From the NCBI GenBank assembly GCA_964510615.1, contig CAZEBA010000007.1, positions 33,817 through 97,816 of the forward strand: DNA of 64,000 nucleotides, in the 5' to 3' direction. The notes beneath the pieces are model-generated. The model ran no database searches. It saw only the letters and a list, made by a program, of their open reading frames with translations, and had not been told where the DNA came from. The DNA comes from an uncultured Gemmatimonadota bacterium (GTDB taxonomy: Bacteria > Gemmatimonadota > Gemmatimonadetes > Palauibacterales > Palauibacteraceae). Shown here piece after piece: positions 9,688 to 19,191 of this stretch; within the stretch, counting starts at the first letter, position 1, and every line of letters begins with the position of its first letter. A program made the translations under genes and the position numbers.

Positions 9688-11215
9688 CCCGACCCGGCTG
9701 CCGCTCGCCTGGGGAGTCGTCGGCTCCCTCGCCGCGCTCAAGCTCCTGCTCCACGCCGGGACGAACCTGTTCGGTCCGTACGAGTTCCATCGGGACGAGT
9801 TCCTCTACATGGCGATGGGCGAGCACCTGCGGCTCTGGCACATGGACTTCCCGCCCTTCATTGCCATGCTGTCCGTGGTGACCCGCTTTCTGCTGGGCGA
9901 GTCCCTGTTCGCGCTGCGCCTGGGCCCGGCCCTCATGAGCACCGGGCTCGTCCTGGTCGCCGCGCTCGCGGCCCGGGAGCTCGGAGGCGGCCGATTCGCG
10001 CAGGGCCTGGCGGCCCTCTCCGTGCTGGCGAGCGCCCTCTTCCTCCGCTCGGGGAACCTCTTCCAGCCCGTGGTCATCGACCAGCTCGCCTGGAGCCTCG
10101 CCCTCCTCGCCCTGCTCCGCCTGGGCACGACGCGAGATCCGCGGTGGTGGCTGGCCTATGGGGCGGCGGCGGGGTTCGGCCTCCTATCCAAGTTCAGCGT
10201 CCTGGTCTTCGGCGTCGCCACCCTCGCCGGCCTGGTCGCCACCCGCGAGCGTCGGTGGCTCGCCACCCCCTGGCCGTGGGCCGCCGGCCTGCTGGCCCTT
10301 CTGATCGGGAGCCCCTCCATCGTGGGCCAGATCGACCTCGACTTTCCGATCCTGAACCAGATGCAGGATCTGCAGCGCGCCCAGCTGGCGCGGGTCTCTG
10401 CCGTCTCCTTCCTCCTGGATCAGACGCGCATGCACGCCGGGTTCGTCCTGGCCGTGGCCGGCGCCGGAGGCCTCGTCTCCGGCCTCCTCGGGCGCCCGTA
10501 TCGGCTCGCCGGCTGGACGGCGATCCTCGCCGTAGCGCTGCTGATGCTCCTGCACGGCAAGAGCTACTACGCGGGCCCCGTCTATCCCGTGCTGTTCGGG
10601 GCGGGCGCGGTCCTCGTCGAGAGGGTGCGGGCGCGGGCGTGGGGACCGCTTCTCCGTTGGGGACTCGTGGTGGTGAGCTGCCTCTACCTGATCGTGCTCC
10701 TTCCCCTCGGTCTGCCGGTACTGAAACCGGCGGCCATGGAGCGGTACCTGGTGGCGGTCGGCCTACAGGAGGCTGCGGTCACCAACATCGGCGCGCAGGA
10801 GCGGATCCCCCAGGACTATGCCGACATGCTGAACTGGGAGGAGCAGGTGCGGGAGATCGCCCGGGTGTACGATTCGCTTCCGCCGGAGGACCGAGCCGAG
10901 ATCGTGATCCTGGCCTCCAACTACGGCGAGGCCGGCGCGATCGACCACTACGGTCCGGCGTACGGGCTGCCGACAGCCCGGGCCTTCGTTGGCTCGTACT
11001 GGTTTTTCGGCCCCGGCGAGCTGCCCGGCGAGGTCATGATCCTCCATGGCTTCGAGCACTCGGACCTCGTCCCCTTCTTCGACAGCGTCACGCCGATGGG
11101 TCAAGTGACCCATCCCTACGCGGTGGCGGAGGAACGGGATCTGACCATCTACGTGGGTCGGGGGCCGCGTGAAACCCTTCAGTCCGCGTGGCCACGGTGG
11201 CGGGGGGAGAACTAG
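9587..11215 (+). CDS. glycosyltransferase family 39 (ArnT/PMT-like) integral membrane protein; start uncertain
   Basis: Multi-TM protein with ...LFGPYEFHRDEFLYMAMGEHL... near the N-terminus, typical of GT39/PMT_2. ATG 9587 overlaps the ACAD 3' end by 100 nt; an in-frame GTG near 9656 downstream is an alternative start. Confidence 0.65.
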   Translation: MRRSPRSTRARTRSNARRSARSSSVSTSPGTPSSPTRLPLAWGVVGSLAALKLLLHAGTNLFGPYEFHRDEFLYMAMGEHLRLWHMDFPPFIAMLSVVTRFLLGESLFALRLGPALMSTGLVLVAALAARELGGGRFAQGLAALSVLASALFLRSGNLFQPVVIDQLAWSLALLALLRLGTTRDPRWWLAYGAAAGFGLLSKFSVLVFGVATLAGLVATRERRWLATPWPWAAGLLALLIGSPSIVGQIDLDFPILNQMQDLQRAQLARVSAVSFLLDQTRMHAGFVLAVAGAGGLVSGLLGRPYRLAGWTAILAVALLMLLHGKSYYAGPVYPVLFGAGAVLVERVRARAWGPLLRWGLVVVSCLYLIVLLPLGLPVLKPAAMERYLVAVGLQEAAVTNIGAQERIPQDYADMLNWEEQVREIARVYDSLPPEDRAEIVILASNYGEAGAIDHYGPAYGLPTARAFVGSYWFFGPGELPGEVMILHGFEHSDLVPFFDSVTPMGQVTHPYAVAEERDLTIYVGRGPRETLQSAWPRWRGEN

Positions 11216-11325
11216 GCGCGGCTCCGGCACGACTCGGTCAAGCGTGGCCGGGACCGGCCCTTGAGCGGCCGAACGCCGACGCCTACAGTAGCAGTCACAC
11301 CGCGAAGCATAAGGCATCGGGTGCG

Positions 11326-11355
11326 GGTGCGGCCGGGTCCGTGCGAGGCCGCACC
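11326..11355 (+). terminator. GC-rich hairpin (9-bp stem GGTGCGGCC/GGCCGCACC, 12-nt loop) downstream of the GT39 gene and upstream of the TetR gene
   Basis: Inverted repeat read directly. No U-tract, which is common in high-GC genomes. Could equally be a TetR operator-region structure. Confidence 0.3.
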
Positions 11356-11381
11356 GACGGCCCCGGGACCGAACGGCGGGC

Positions 11382-11951
11382 GTGATGGCCAGATCGAGCC
11401 GTGCTCTCCGAAGGTTGGATCGCTCCGACTGGCTCGTACGAGGGATCGAGACGCTGCGCACGAGCGGGGTCGGCGCGGTCCGGATCGAGCCAATGGCGCG
11501 CGAGCTCGGGGTCACCAAGGGCAGCTTCTACTGGCACTTCAAGGACAGGGACGAGTTCCTCGACCGGATCCTCGAGTACTGGGAGACGGAGAACACGGAC
11601 AAGATCGAGGCTCACGTCGCCCACGCCCGAGGCAACCCTCGACAGCAGCTGTTGGCGCTGCTCGAGCACATCGTCCGGGAGGAGATCAACCGGTACGATG
11701 CCGCCGTGCGTGCCTGGGCGCTCTACGATGAGCGGGCGGAGCGGGTCGCCAGGCGGGTGGACGAAAAGCGTCTGGCCTACTGCAGGGCGCTGTTCCTCGA
11801 GATGGGGTTCTCTCCGCGGCAGGCGGATATCCGTAGCCGCATGTCCTACTTCTACCTGGTAGGTGAACACTCTTCCTTCGCCGAGCTGCCGTCCCTGGAG
11901 GCTCGTCTGGAGAACGTCCGGCTTCGCCACCAGCTGCTCACCGAATGCTGA
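11382..11951 (+). CDS. TetR-family transcriptional regulator
   Basis: N-terminal HTH ...GIETLRTSGVGAVRIEPMARELGVTKGSFYWHFKDRDEFL matches the TetR signature (GVxKGxxYxHFxxKExL). Confidence 0.85.
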   Translation: MMARSSRALRRLDRSDWLVRGIETLRTSGVGAVRIEPMARELGVTKGSFYWHFKDRDEFLDRILEYWETENTDKIEAHVAHARGNPRQQLLALLEHIVREEINRYDAAVRAWALYDERAERVARRVDEKRLAYCRALFLEMGFSPRQADIRSRMSYFYLVGEHSSFAELPSLEARLENVRLRHQLLTEC

Positions 11952-12028
11952 GGCAGGCGTAGCACCGCGCTGCCGCGTCCCGATCCGGTGACCGGTTCCT
12001 CCGTTCCTGTCTCTCAACCGTTAGGAAG

Positions 12029-12529
12029 ATGAACCTCATCCAGCTTCCGGAGGAGAGGATGGAGGCGAACGGTTTCGAGCTGACGCTTACGCTGCAGCAG
12101 GACATGCAGTTTCTTGTCGATTTCGAAGGCGAAGCCCTCCCGCCACTTTTAATGGACGAGCCGGTTCCGATCGGGGCGGGCACGGGCCCCAACGCCACCC
12201 GCCTGCTGGCGGCAGCGGTGGGCAACTGCCTCAGCGCCAGTGCCCTCTTCTGCTTTCGGAAGGCGCGGGTCGCCGTTGACGGCATGCAAACCGAGGTCAG
12301 GACCCGGCTGATCCGAAACGAGCGTGGCCGCGTGCGCGTGGGCGCGATCGAGGTGGAGATCCGCCCCGAGGTGGCGCCGGAGGATTGGCCGCGGCTGCAG
12401 CGGTGCATCGACGTGTTCCCGGACTTCTGCATCGTGTCGCAGAGCGTCGGGCAGGGCATCGACATCCGGGTGGATGTCAAGCCACCGGCCGGGGCAGAGC
12501 AACCGGAGTCCGAGCTGACGCACGCATAG
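12029..12529 (+). CDS. OsmC/Ohr-family peroxiredoxin-like protein
   Basis: 166 aa with conserved Cys pair (...AAVGNCLSASALFCFRKA... and ...FPDFCIVSQS) in the OsmC arrangement. Follows the TetR gene, so likely a regulator-target pair. Confidence 0.8.
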   Translation: MNLIQLPEERMEANGFELTLTLQQDMQFLVDFEGEALPPLLMDEPVPIGAGTGPNATRLLAAAVGNCLSASALFCFRKARVAVDGMQTEVRTRLIRNERGRVRVGAIEVEIRPEVAPEDWPRLQRCIDVFPDFCIVSQSVGQGIDIRVDVKPPAGAEQPESELTHA

Positions 12530-12588
12530 CCGCCGCTGTCGGCCCGGCTCTCGGGTCGCGGCGGCTTGCCCCGCCGCCCGGAGACGCT

Positions 12589-13089
12589 CTAGTGGAAGCC
12601 GAGGCCGAGCGTGACGAGGAGGGTGGTGAGCGTCCCGCCGTCGAACACCTGCACCATCACGTCAAAGGCCGGCGTGACGTAGAGATTGTCGGCCAGCCGC
12701 AGGTCGTAACCGGTTCCGCCCATCAGGCCGAGCCCGGTGCTGCCTCCGTCGGTGGCGGCGAGCCCGAAGGATCCGCGAAAGAACAGGTCGTGACCGGGCG
12801 CGCCGGTGGTCTCGTAGAACGGGTAGAGGAGACCGGTCGCGGCGATGTTCGTCGTGGAGCCGCCGTCGCGGAACCACGTGACCACCTCGCCGCCGAACAG
12901 CGCCTTTCGGCTCGGAGTGCCTCCCATCCGAACGTAGATGGACCCGCCGGATGCTCCCTCGAGCCAACCGGCGCCACCACCCGCGGCGAACCAGAAACCC
13001 CTGTGCGTGTCGGCCCGCCGCTGGGCGAGACCGGGGCTGGCGCTCGCGAGCACCAGCGCCAGTGCGACCGCTGATGGCCATCGAATCAT
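12589..13089 (-). CDS. small secreted/outer-membrane Gly-rich beta-barrel-like protein (166 aa) with signal peptide
   Basis: ATG at 13089 with GGAGGAGG Shine-Dalgarno. MIRWPSAVALALVLASASPGLAQ signal, then Gly/Thr-rich alternating pattern, C-terminal LGLGFH (aromatic terminal residue). Only the lower part of track ORF 12589..14280 is accepted. Confidence 0.55.
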   Translation of the reverse strand: MIRWPSAVALALVLASASPGLAQRRADTHRGFWFAAGGGAGWLEGASGGSIYVRMGGTPSRKALFGGEVVTWFRDGGSTTNIAATGLLYPFYETTGAPGHDLFFRGSFGLAATDGGSTGLGLMGGTGYDLRLADNLYVTPAFDVMVQVFDGGTLTTLLVTLGLGFH

Positions 13090-13308
13090 TCTCTTCCTCC
13101 TCCCCAGGCGGCAGAATGGTATCTTTGTCGCCGATCGAGGGCTATGAGTACGCAACCCCCACGGGCCAGACGCCAGGGCTGCGGTCCCGGTCACAGCGGG
13201 CGAGCTCGGCCGCGGGACGAGGCGACGGAGAAGGGAGCCTCGCTCGCGCATCCGGTTGGATCGAGCGGTGACGGAGAGATAGACTGGGGCCCCGTGAGCC
13301 TGGAACCG

Positions 13309-14472
13309 ATGCTCGGCACTCGCAGAGAAGAATTCTCGCTTCCGCCCGACTGCCACTACTTGAACTGCGCCTACATGTCCCCGCTGTCGCGGCGGGTGCA
13401 GGAGGCGGGGGAGGCAGGCATCCGGCGTGCGGCCGCACCGGCCGAGATTCGGCCGGAGGACTTCTTCGCGGGGTGCGACCGGGCGCGGGCGCTCTTCGCC
13501 CGCCTGGTGAGCCTTCCGGAACCGGAGCGGGTGGCGATCGTCCCATCGGCCTCCTACGGCCTCTCCGCCGCGGCTCGCAACACCCCCGTCCAGGCGGGGC
13601 AGAACGTCGTCACGGTTCAAGACCAGTTTCCCTCCAACGTTCACCCTTGGCGCCAGAGGTGTGCGTCGGCTGGAGCCGAGTTCCGCGTCGTGCAGCGTCC
13701 CGCCGATCGCCCGAGCTCCGGTACGGCGTGGAGCGAGGCCATTCTGGACGCCATCGACGGCGACACCGCCGCCGTCGCGCTCGGTCCGCTGCACTGGACG
13801 GACGGAACGCCCTTCGAGCTCGATGCCATCGGGGACCGAAGCCGCGAAGTGGGAGCCGCCTTCGTCATCGACGGCACGCAGGCGGTGGGTGCCATGCCGT
13901 TCGACGTGCGTCGGGTCCGTCCCGACGCCCTGATCTGTGCCGCCTACAAGTGGCTGACCGGTCCGTACTCCATCGGAGCGGCCTACTTCGGCCCACGGTA
14001 CGACGACGGGGTGCCCCTCGAGGAGACATGGATGGGCCGGGTGGGGAGCGAGGATTTTGCCGGCTTGGTGGAACCGAGCGACCGCTACCGGCCCGGCGCC
14101 GCCCGCTATGACATGGGAGAAGCGGCGAACTTTGTCCTTATCCCGATGTTCATCGCCGCGCTCGAGCAGCTGCTCGATTGGGGGGTCGAGAACATCCAGG
14201 CGTACTGTAGCGCCCTGACCAGAGATCTGATCCGCGAGCTCGCGGGGCGCGAGGATCCGGAAGCCGCTCGAGTCGGCCACCTGTTCGGTCTCCGGGTCCC
14301 CGACGGCGTGGAGCCGGCGGCTCTGCAGGCCCGGCTCGCCCAGCGCGGCGTCTTCGTCTCCGTGCGGGGACGGTCGGTCCGCGTCTCACCCCATGTCTAC
14401 AACGACGCGGCGGACATCGACGCCCTCCGGAGCGTGCTCTGCGAGTGCGGGATGCTCACTCCGGCGGCCTGA
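13309..14472 (+). CDS. class V aminotransferase (cysteine desulfurase / isopenicillin-N-epimerase-like, PLP-dependent)
   Basis: MLGTRREEFSLPPDCHYLNCAYMSPL... with the PLP-lysine region ...LICAAYKWLTGPYSIGAAYF. Start at ATG 13309 inside track ORF 13144..14472. Confidence 0.8.
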   Translation: MLGTRREEFSLPPDCHYLNCAYMSPLSRRVQEAGEAGIRRAAAPAEIRPEDFFAGCDRARALFARLVSLPEPERVAIVPSASYGLSAAARNTPVQAGQNVVTVQDQFPSNVHPWRQRCASAGAEFRVVQRPADRPSSGTAWSEAILDAIDGDTAAVALGPLHWTDGTPFELDAIGDRSREVGAAFVIDGTQAVGAMPFDVRRVRPDALICAAYKWLTGPYSIGAAYFGPRYDDGVPLEETWMGRVGSEDFAGLVEPSDRYRPGAARYDMGEAANFVLIPMFIAALEQLLDWGVENIQAYCSALTRDLIRELAGREDPEAARVGHLFGLRVPDGVEPAALQARLAQRGVFVSVRGRSVRVSPHVYNDAADIDALRSVLCECGMLTPAA

Positions 14473-14478
14473 GACGGC

Positions 14479-15006
14479 ATGGACGCAGCGGCGAGCCTGG
14501 ACCTGTCCACCCTGGCCAACCTCGCCGAGATCATCGGGACGATCATCGTCATCGGCGGTGTGGCGTTCGCCGTCGTCCAGATCCGGGAGTTCAAGCGGCA
14601 GCGGCGCGAGACCGCCGCGATCGAGCTCGCCCGGTCCTTCCAGAACCCGCAGTTCGCGCGCGCCGTCCTGCTCGTTCTCTCGCTCCCGCCGGGCTGTTCG
14701 GTGGAGAAGCTCCGAAGTCGGCCCGAGGGGGAGGAAGCAGCGATGCTGGTGAGCTTCACGTTCGAGACCGTGGCGATCATGGTGCACCAGCGGATCGTCC
14801 CGCTCGATACCGTATGGCAGCTGATGGGGGGGGTGACGCAGACCTGCTGGGACCGCATGCGCGACTGGGTCTACACCGTCCGAACCGAGCAGCAGAACGA
14901 GAAGTTCGACGAGTGGCTGGAGTGGATGGCGAACCAGATGCGGCGGCTTGGCGAGCGTCCGTCGGCGGAGCCCGCGTACCGCCTCTACGAGGGCTGGCGG
15001 CCCTGA
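14479..15006 (+). CDS. hypothetical membrane-anchored protein (N-terminal TM, 175 aa)
   Basis: MDAAASLDLSTLANLAEIIGTIIVIGGVAFAVVQIREFKRQRRE... has one TM helix then a soluble domain with normal composition. Confidence 0.5.
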   Translation: MDAAASLDLSTLANLAEIIGTIIVIGGVAFAVVQIREFKRQRRETAAIELARSFQNPQFARAVLLVLSLPPGCSVEKLRSRPEGEEAAMLVSFTFETVAIMVHQRIVPLDTVWQLMGGVTQTCWDRMRDWVYTVRTEQQNEKFDEWLEWMANQMRRLGERPSAEPAYRLYEGWRP

Positions 15007-15019
15007 GCCCGGGGAGCTG

Positions 15020-16006
15020 ATGAGCCGATCCGTCCACGGAATCCACCACGTCACGGCCATCTGCGGCGAGCCGCAGGAGAATCTGGACTTCTACGTCACG
15101 GTTCTCGGACTCCGGCTGGTGAAGCGGACAGTGAACCAGGACGTGCCCGACACCTATCACCTCTTCTACGCCGACGGCGACGGAACGCCGGGCACGGACC
15201 TGACCTTCTTCCCCTGGCCCCGGATGGCGCCAGCGCGTCGCGGCACCGGTCTGGTGGTGGAGGTGCCGCTCGCGATTCCCGCTTCGAGCCTCTCGTACTG
15301 GGAATCGCGCCTCGCGGAGCACGGCGTCGCGACGGCAGAGCGGGAAGCGCGGTTCGGCGAGCAGACCCTGCCTTTCCGCGATCCGCATGGCCTCGCCCTC
15401 GCGCTGGTCGCCACCACCGACGAGCGTTCCTGGACGGCCTGGTCGCGCAGCCCCGTCCCGACCGAGCATCAGGTGCGTGGAATCCACGCCGTACGGCTAC
15501 TCGAGTCGGATCTCGGACCGACGCGGGAGCTCCTGGAAACCCGGCTCGGCTTCGAGAGCGTCGGGTCGGACGGCGGCTGGCACCGGTGGTCGGTCGATGG
15601 AGGCGGCTCGAGTCGAATGGTCGAAGTGAAGGAAGAGTCCGGCGGTCGCCGCGGAACCTGGGGTACCGGGGGCGTGCACCACGTGGCCTGGCGAGCGCGG
15701 GACGACGACGAGGAGCTGGAGCTCCGCGCCGCGCTGCGGGAGGCCGGGCTTCAGCCGACGGCGCCGATCGACCGGTTCTGGTTCCACTCCGTCTACTTCC
15801 GGGAGCCCGGCGGGGCGTTGTTCGAGATCGCGACCGACGGACCGGGTTTCGGACGCGATGAGCCCGTCGAGCGGCTGGGCGAGCGGCTGATCCTGCCGCC
15901 GTGGCTGGAGGCTCGCCGCGCCGAGATCGAGCGAACGCTTCCTCCCTTGCATCCACCGGCCCTGCCGGACGCGCTCCAACCCACCCCCGACCCGAGGCGC
16001 TCATGA
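15020..16006 (+). CDS. VOC-family (glyoxalase/ring-cleaving dioxygenase-like) protein, two tandem VOC modules
   Basis: MSRSVHGIHHVTAICGEPQENLDFYVTVLGLRLVKR... and second module ...VRGIHAVRLLESDLGPTRELLETRLGFE. Start ATG 15020 within track ORF 14948 (TTG). Confidence 0.75.
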   Translation: MSRSVHGIHHVTAICGEPQENLDFYVTVLGLRLVKRTVNQDVPDTYHLFYADGDGTPGTDLTFFPWPRMAPARRGTGLVVEVPLAIPASSLSYWESRLAEHGVATAEREARFGEQTLPFRDPHGLALALVATTDERSWTAWSRSPVPTEHQVRGIHAVRLLESDLGPTRELLETRLGFESVGSDGGWHRWSVDGGGSSRMVEVKEESGGRRGTWGTGGVHHVAWRARDDDEELELRAALREAGLQPTAPIDRFWFHSVYFREPGGALFEIATDGPGFGRDEPVERLGERLILPPWLEARRAEIERTLPPLHPPALPDALQPTPDPRRS

Positions 16007-17328
16007 CCGACGCTCGAGTGAACGACAGCCAGCCCAAGCCTCCGCCGCCGGCGACCTATCGCTGGGTGGTTCTGGTGGTGATCAGCCTGGCGATGTTCGG
16101 GAACTATTACGTCTACGATGCGGTCAGCCCGATCGCCGACCTTCTCAAGGAGCAGCTCGGGTACTCCGACAGAAACATCGGGCTGCTCAACGCCATCTAC
16201 AGCTTTCCGAACATCCTCATGGTCCTGGTGGGTGGCATCCTCATCGACCGCATCGGGGTCAAGAAGGCGACGCTGCTGTTCGGCCTACTCTGCTTCGTGG
16301 GCGCCGCGGTGACGGCCGCCACCAGCTCGCTGGCAATGATGGCGACGGGCCGACTGATCTTCGGTCTGGGAGCCGAGTCGCTGATCGTCTCGGTTACAAC
16401 CGCGATCGCCAAGTGGTTCAAGGGCAGGGAGCTCTCGTTCGCCTTCGGGGTCAACCTCACCATCGCGCGGCTGGGCTCCTTCCTCGCCCTCAACTCCCCG
16501 AGTTGGGCCCGCTCGGCGTTCGAGAGCTGGCAGTGGCCCCTGCTCATCGCGGTGGCCTTCGGTACGCTCTGCATCATCGGCCCCCTCTTCTACTGGGTGC
16601 TGGAAGACCGGGCGGTTCGGGAGTACCGACTCGGCGAGGCGAGCGAGACGGACAAGGTCGTGTTCTCCGACCTGTTCCGTTTCCCGAGGGCATACCTGTA
16701 CGTCGTGCTGCTCTGCGTGACCTTCTACTCTGCGATCTTCCCGTTCCAGACCTTCGCGGTGAAGTTCTTCATCGAGGCGCACGGAACCAGCCGGGAGTTC
16801 GGGGGCTTCCTCTCCAGCATGATCACCCTGTTCGCGATGATCTTCACCCCGATCTTCGGCTACATGGTCGACAGGGTCGGCCGACGGGCCCTGTTCATGA
16901 TGTGGGGATCACTGCTCCTGGTGCCGGTCTACCTCATGATGGCCTACACGGCGGTCGACCTGCGCATCCCGATGGCCATGATGGGGATCGCGTTCTCCCT
17001 GGTGCCCGCCGTCATGTGGCCGGCGGTCGCCTACCTGGTGGATGAGCACAAGCTCGGCACGGCCTACGGCTTCATGACGATGATCCAGAACATCGGCCTC
17101 TTCGGTTTTAATCTGCTCATCGGCTGGGCCAACGACGTTTCGGCGGCGAGCCCACAAAACCCCGGCGGCTATGCGCTCGGGATGTGGATCTTCTCCACGC
17201 TCGGCTTCCTCGGCTTCGCCTTCGCCTGGCTCCTGCGCCGGCAGGAGACGGGACCCGACGCGCACGGGCTGGAGACGATCACCATCGCCTCGACGCGGCA
17301 GGGAGCGGAGAGCGGCACGGCCGACTAG
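16003..17328 (+). CDS. MFS transporter
   Basis: MTDARVND...YRWVVLVVISLAMFGNYYVYDAV... has 12 TM segments. ATG 16003 overlaps the upstream stop (ATGA), indicating translational coupling with the VOC gene. Confidence 0.85.
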   Translation: MTDARVNDSQPKPPPPATYRWVVLVVISLAMFGNYYVYDAVSPIADLLKEQLGYSDRNIGLLNAIYSFPNILMVLVGGILIDRIGVKKATLLFGLLCFVGAAVTAATSSLAMMATGRLIFGLGAESLIVSVTTAIAKWFKGRELSFAFGVNLTIARLGSFLALNSPSWARSAFESWQWPLLIAVAFGTLCIIGPLFYWVLEDRAVREYRLGEASETDKVVFSDLFRFPRAYLYVVLLCVTFYSAIFPFQTFAVKFFIEAHGTSREFGGFLSSMITLFAMIFTPIFGYMVDRVGRRALFMMWGSLLLVPVYLMMAYTAVDLRIPMAMMGIAFSLVPAVMWPAVAYLVDEHKLGTAYGFMTMIQNIGLFGFNLLIGWANDVSAASPQNPGGYALGMWIFSTLGFLGFAFAWLLRRQETGPDAHGLETITIASTRQGAESGTAD

Positions 17329-19004
17329 CCGTCTCTGTCGAGCAGCTGCTGGAACCGGGGGTGGTCCCGCAGCGGATCCAGGTCGGGATCGTGGGCGATC
17401 CACTCGGGATGGGCGAAGCGACGATCCCGGACGGTCTCCTCGAGGCAGGCGAGCGCACGATCGGCCTCGCCCTCCAACGCGTACAGGCAGGCCACGTTGT
17501 AGCACACTGCCGAGTCCTCCGGATCGACCTCCAGCGCTCGCTCCGCGAACCTCAGGCCCTGCTCACGGTGTCCGAGTCGGCTGTGCGAGACGGCGCCCAT
17601 CGTCCAGGTCCGAGCGTCATCCGGGTGCAGCTCCAGGTGGCGCTCGATGACCTGTAGGGCTCTCCGGTAGGCCGCCTCCGCCTCCTCGGTCCGCCCCAGG
17701 GCCGAGTAGGACTGAGCCGCGAAGTAACGCGCCTCGGGATCCTCCCTCACGCGGGCGGCCTGCTCGAACAGCTCCACGGCCCTCGCCAGGTCACCGAGGT
17801 GGTAGGAGGCGCGGGCGTGGAAGTAGCGGGCATCGAACTGCCCGGGATCGAGCTGCACCGCCTTCTCGAACTCCTTCGTGGCCTCTTCGAGCCGCCCCTC
17901 GACGAACAGGGCGAAGCCCCGTGAGGCGTGGGTCTGTCCGAGTTCCGGGGCGAGCTCGATCGCCCTCCGGCTCGCACGCTTGGCCGTCTCGATGTTGGCC
18001 GCTTCCTCGTCGTCCTGGTACCAGTGGGCCAGGAAGGAGCAGCAGTCGGCCAACCCCGCGTGCGCCAGCGCGTACTCGGGATCGATCGCAATCGCCCGCT
18101 GAAACATCTCCCGTGCGAACCGAAAGTTCTTCTTGCTGCGCTCGTGGAAGAACTGGCGGCCGCGAAGGTAGAACTCGTAGGCAGTGATATGGGCTGTCGA
18201 CGGGCTTACGAGGGCGGTTGACGCTCCGCCCGGAAGTTCGACACGCAATGCTTCGATGATCGCCCGCGAGATCTCATCCTGCATCTCGAAGATGTCCGTC
18301 AGTCGGCGGTCGTAGCTGCCGGACCAGATGTCGAATCCATCGCGGGCGCTCGCGAGTTGGACGTTCACGCGAAGCCGGTCGCCGCCCCGGCGCACGCTGC
18401 CCTCCAGCACCGTGTGGACCCCGAGCTGTCGCCCGATCTCCCGGGCGTCCACGGCCTTCCCCTTGAACTGGAAGCAGGAGCCTCGCGATGCCACGCGGAG
18501 CCCCTCCACTTGATTGAGGGCGTTGATGAGTTCTTCGGCGATCCCATCGCTCAGATAATCGTTTTCGTCCTCGCCGCTCAGGTTGGCGAACGGTAGGACG
18601 GCGATCGAGTCACCCGCGGACCGGCCCGCGGCATCGTCGCCGAAGGCGGCCCGGCTCCCGTCCGACCTGGCCGAGCCCTCGCTGCTCGCGTCCGCCGCCG
18701 CTCCCGTGAGGGCCTCCCCTGGCGTGCGCCGCACTCCCTCTGGCGTGACGTCGTACGCCCACGCCAGGATGATGGCGACCGGGAATCCGACGATGAGCAG
18801 CACGGCCACGAACGTGCCGGCCCAGTCGGGCAGTAGCAGGGCGGGGAAGAGGGCGTCGATCAGCTCCAGACACACGAGGGCGACGACGGCGTACGCGGCG
18901 GCAACGCGGAATACCCGCCGCCGGCGCAACTCGCCGAGCACCCTCTGCAGCCTCGAGAAGAGATTTCGCATAGGAAACCGCGGGAAGGCCCGCATCCCGT
19001 TCAA
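17325..19004 (-). CDS. membrane-anchored TolB-N-like / TPR-repeat protein, paralog D
   Basis: N-terminus ...RRRVFRVAAAYAVVALVCLELIDALFPALLLPDWAG... (TM), then SIAVLPFANLSGEDENDYLSDGIAEELINALNQVEGLRVASRGS...VLEGSVRRGGDRLRVNVQL (TolB-N-like alpha/beta module), then TPR repeats to the C-terminus. Confidence 0.75.
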   Translation of the reverse strand: MNGMRAFPRFPMRNLFSRLQRVLGELRRRRVFRVAAAYAVVALVCLELIDALFPALLLPDWAGTFVAVLLIVGFPVAIILAWAYDVTPEGVRRTPGEALTGAAADASSEGSARSDGSRAAFGDDAAGRSAGDSIAVLPFANLSGEDENDYLSDGIAEELINALNQVEGLRVASRGSCFQFKGKAVDAREIGRQLGVHTVLEGSVRRGGDRLRVNVQLASARDGFDIWSGSYDRRLTDIFEMQDEISRAIIEALRVELPGGASTALVSPSTAHITAYEFYLRGRQFFHERSKKNFRFAREMFQRAIAIDPEYALAHAGLADCCSFLAHWYQDDEEAANIETAKRASRRAIELAPELGQTHASRGFALFVEGRLEEATKEFEKAVQLDPGQFDARYFHARASYHLGDLARAVELFEQAARVREDPEARYFAAQSYSALGRTEEAEAAYRRALQVIERHLELHPDDARTWTMGAVSHSRLGHREQGLRFAERALEVDPEDSAVCYNVACLYALEGEADRALACLEETVRDRRFAHPEWIAHDPDLDPLRDHPRFQQLLDRDG

Positions 19005-19191
19005 CCTACGCTCCCGGCCCGGGTAAGGTCAGTCGGGAATCATGCGTCGCGTCTTGTGGTGGAATGCACGACCTTGGGTCGCCAGGTCGCCACGGCGCTG
19101 GAGGCCGATACGTACGTCGTTTTCGGCCCATCAGGCTCGTTGTTGGAGATAGAGGGAGAAGCTGACCACTCACCGGAATCGGGAGAGGAGC

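Noticed and set aside
8392-9741. 449-aa minus-strand ORF spanning the acyl-CoA dehydrogenase gene
   Set aside because: Entirely antisense to a high-confidence ACAD gene. Arg/Gly/Asp/Leu-rich composition typical of shadow ORFs in roughly 70% GC DNA. No recognisable motif.
13090-14280. Upper 400 codons of the 563-aa minus-strand ORF 12589..14280
   Set aside because: Antisense to the class V aminotransferase. Only the lower 166 codons (12589..13089) have a Shine-Dalgarno, a signal peptide and protein-like composition.
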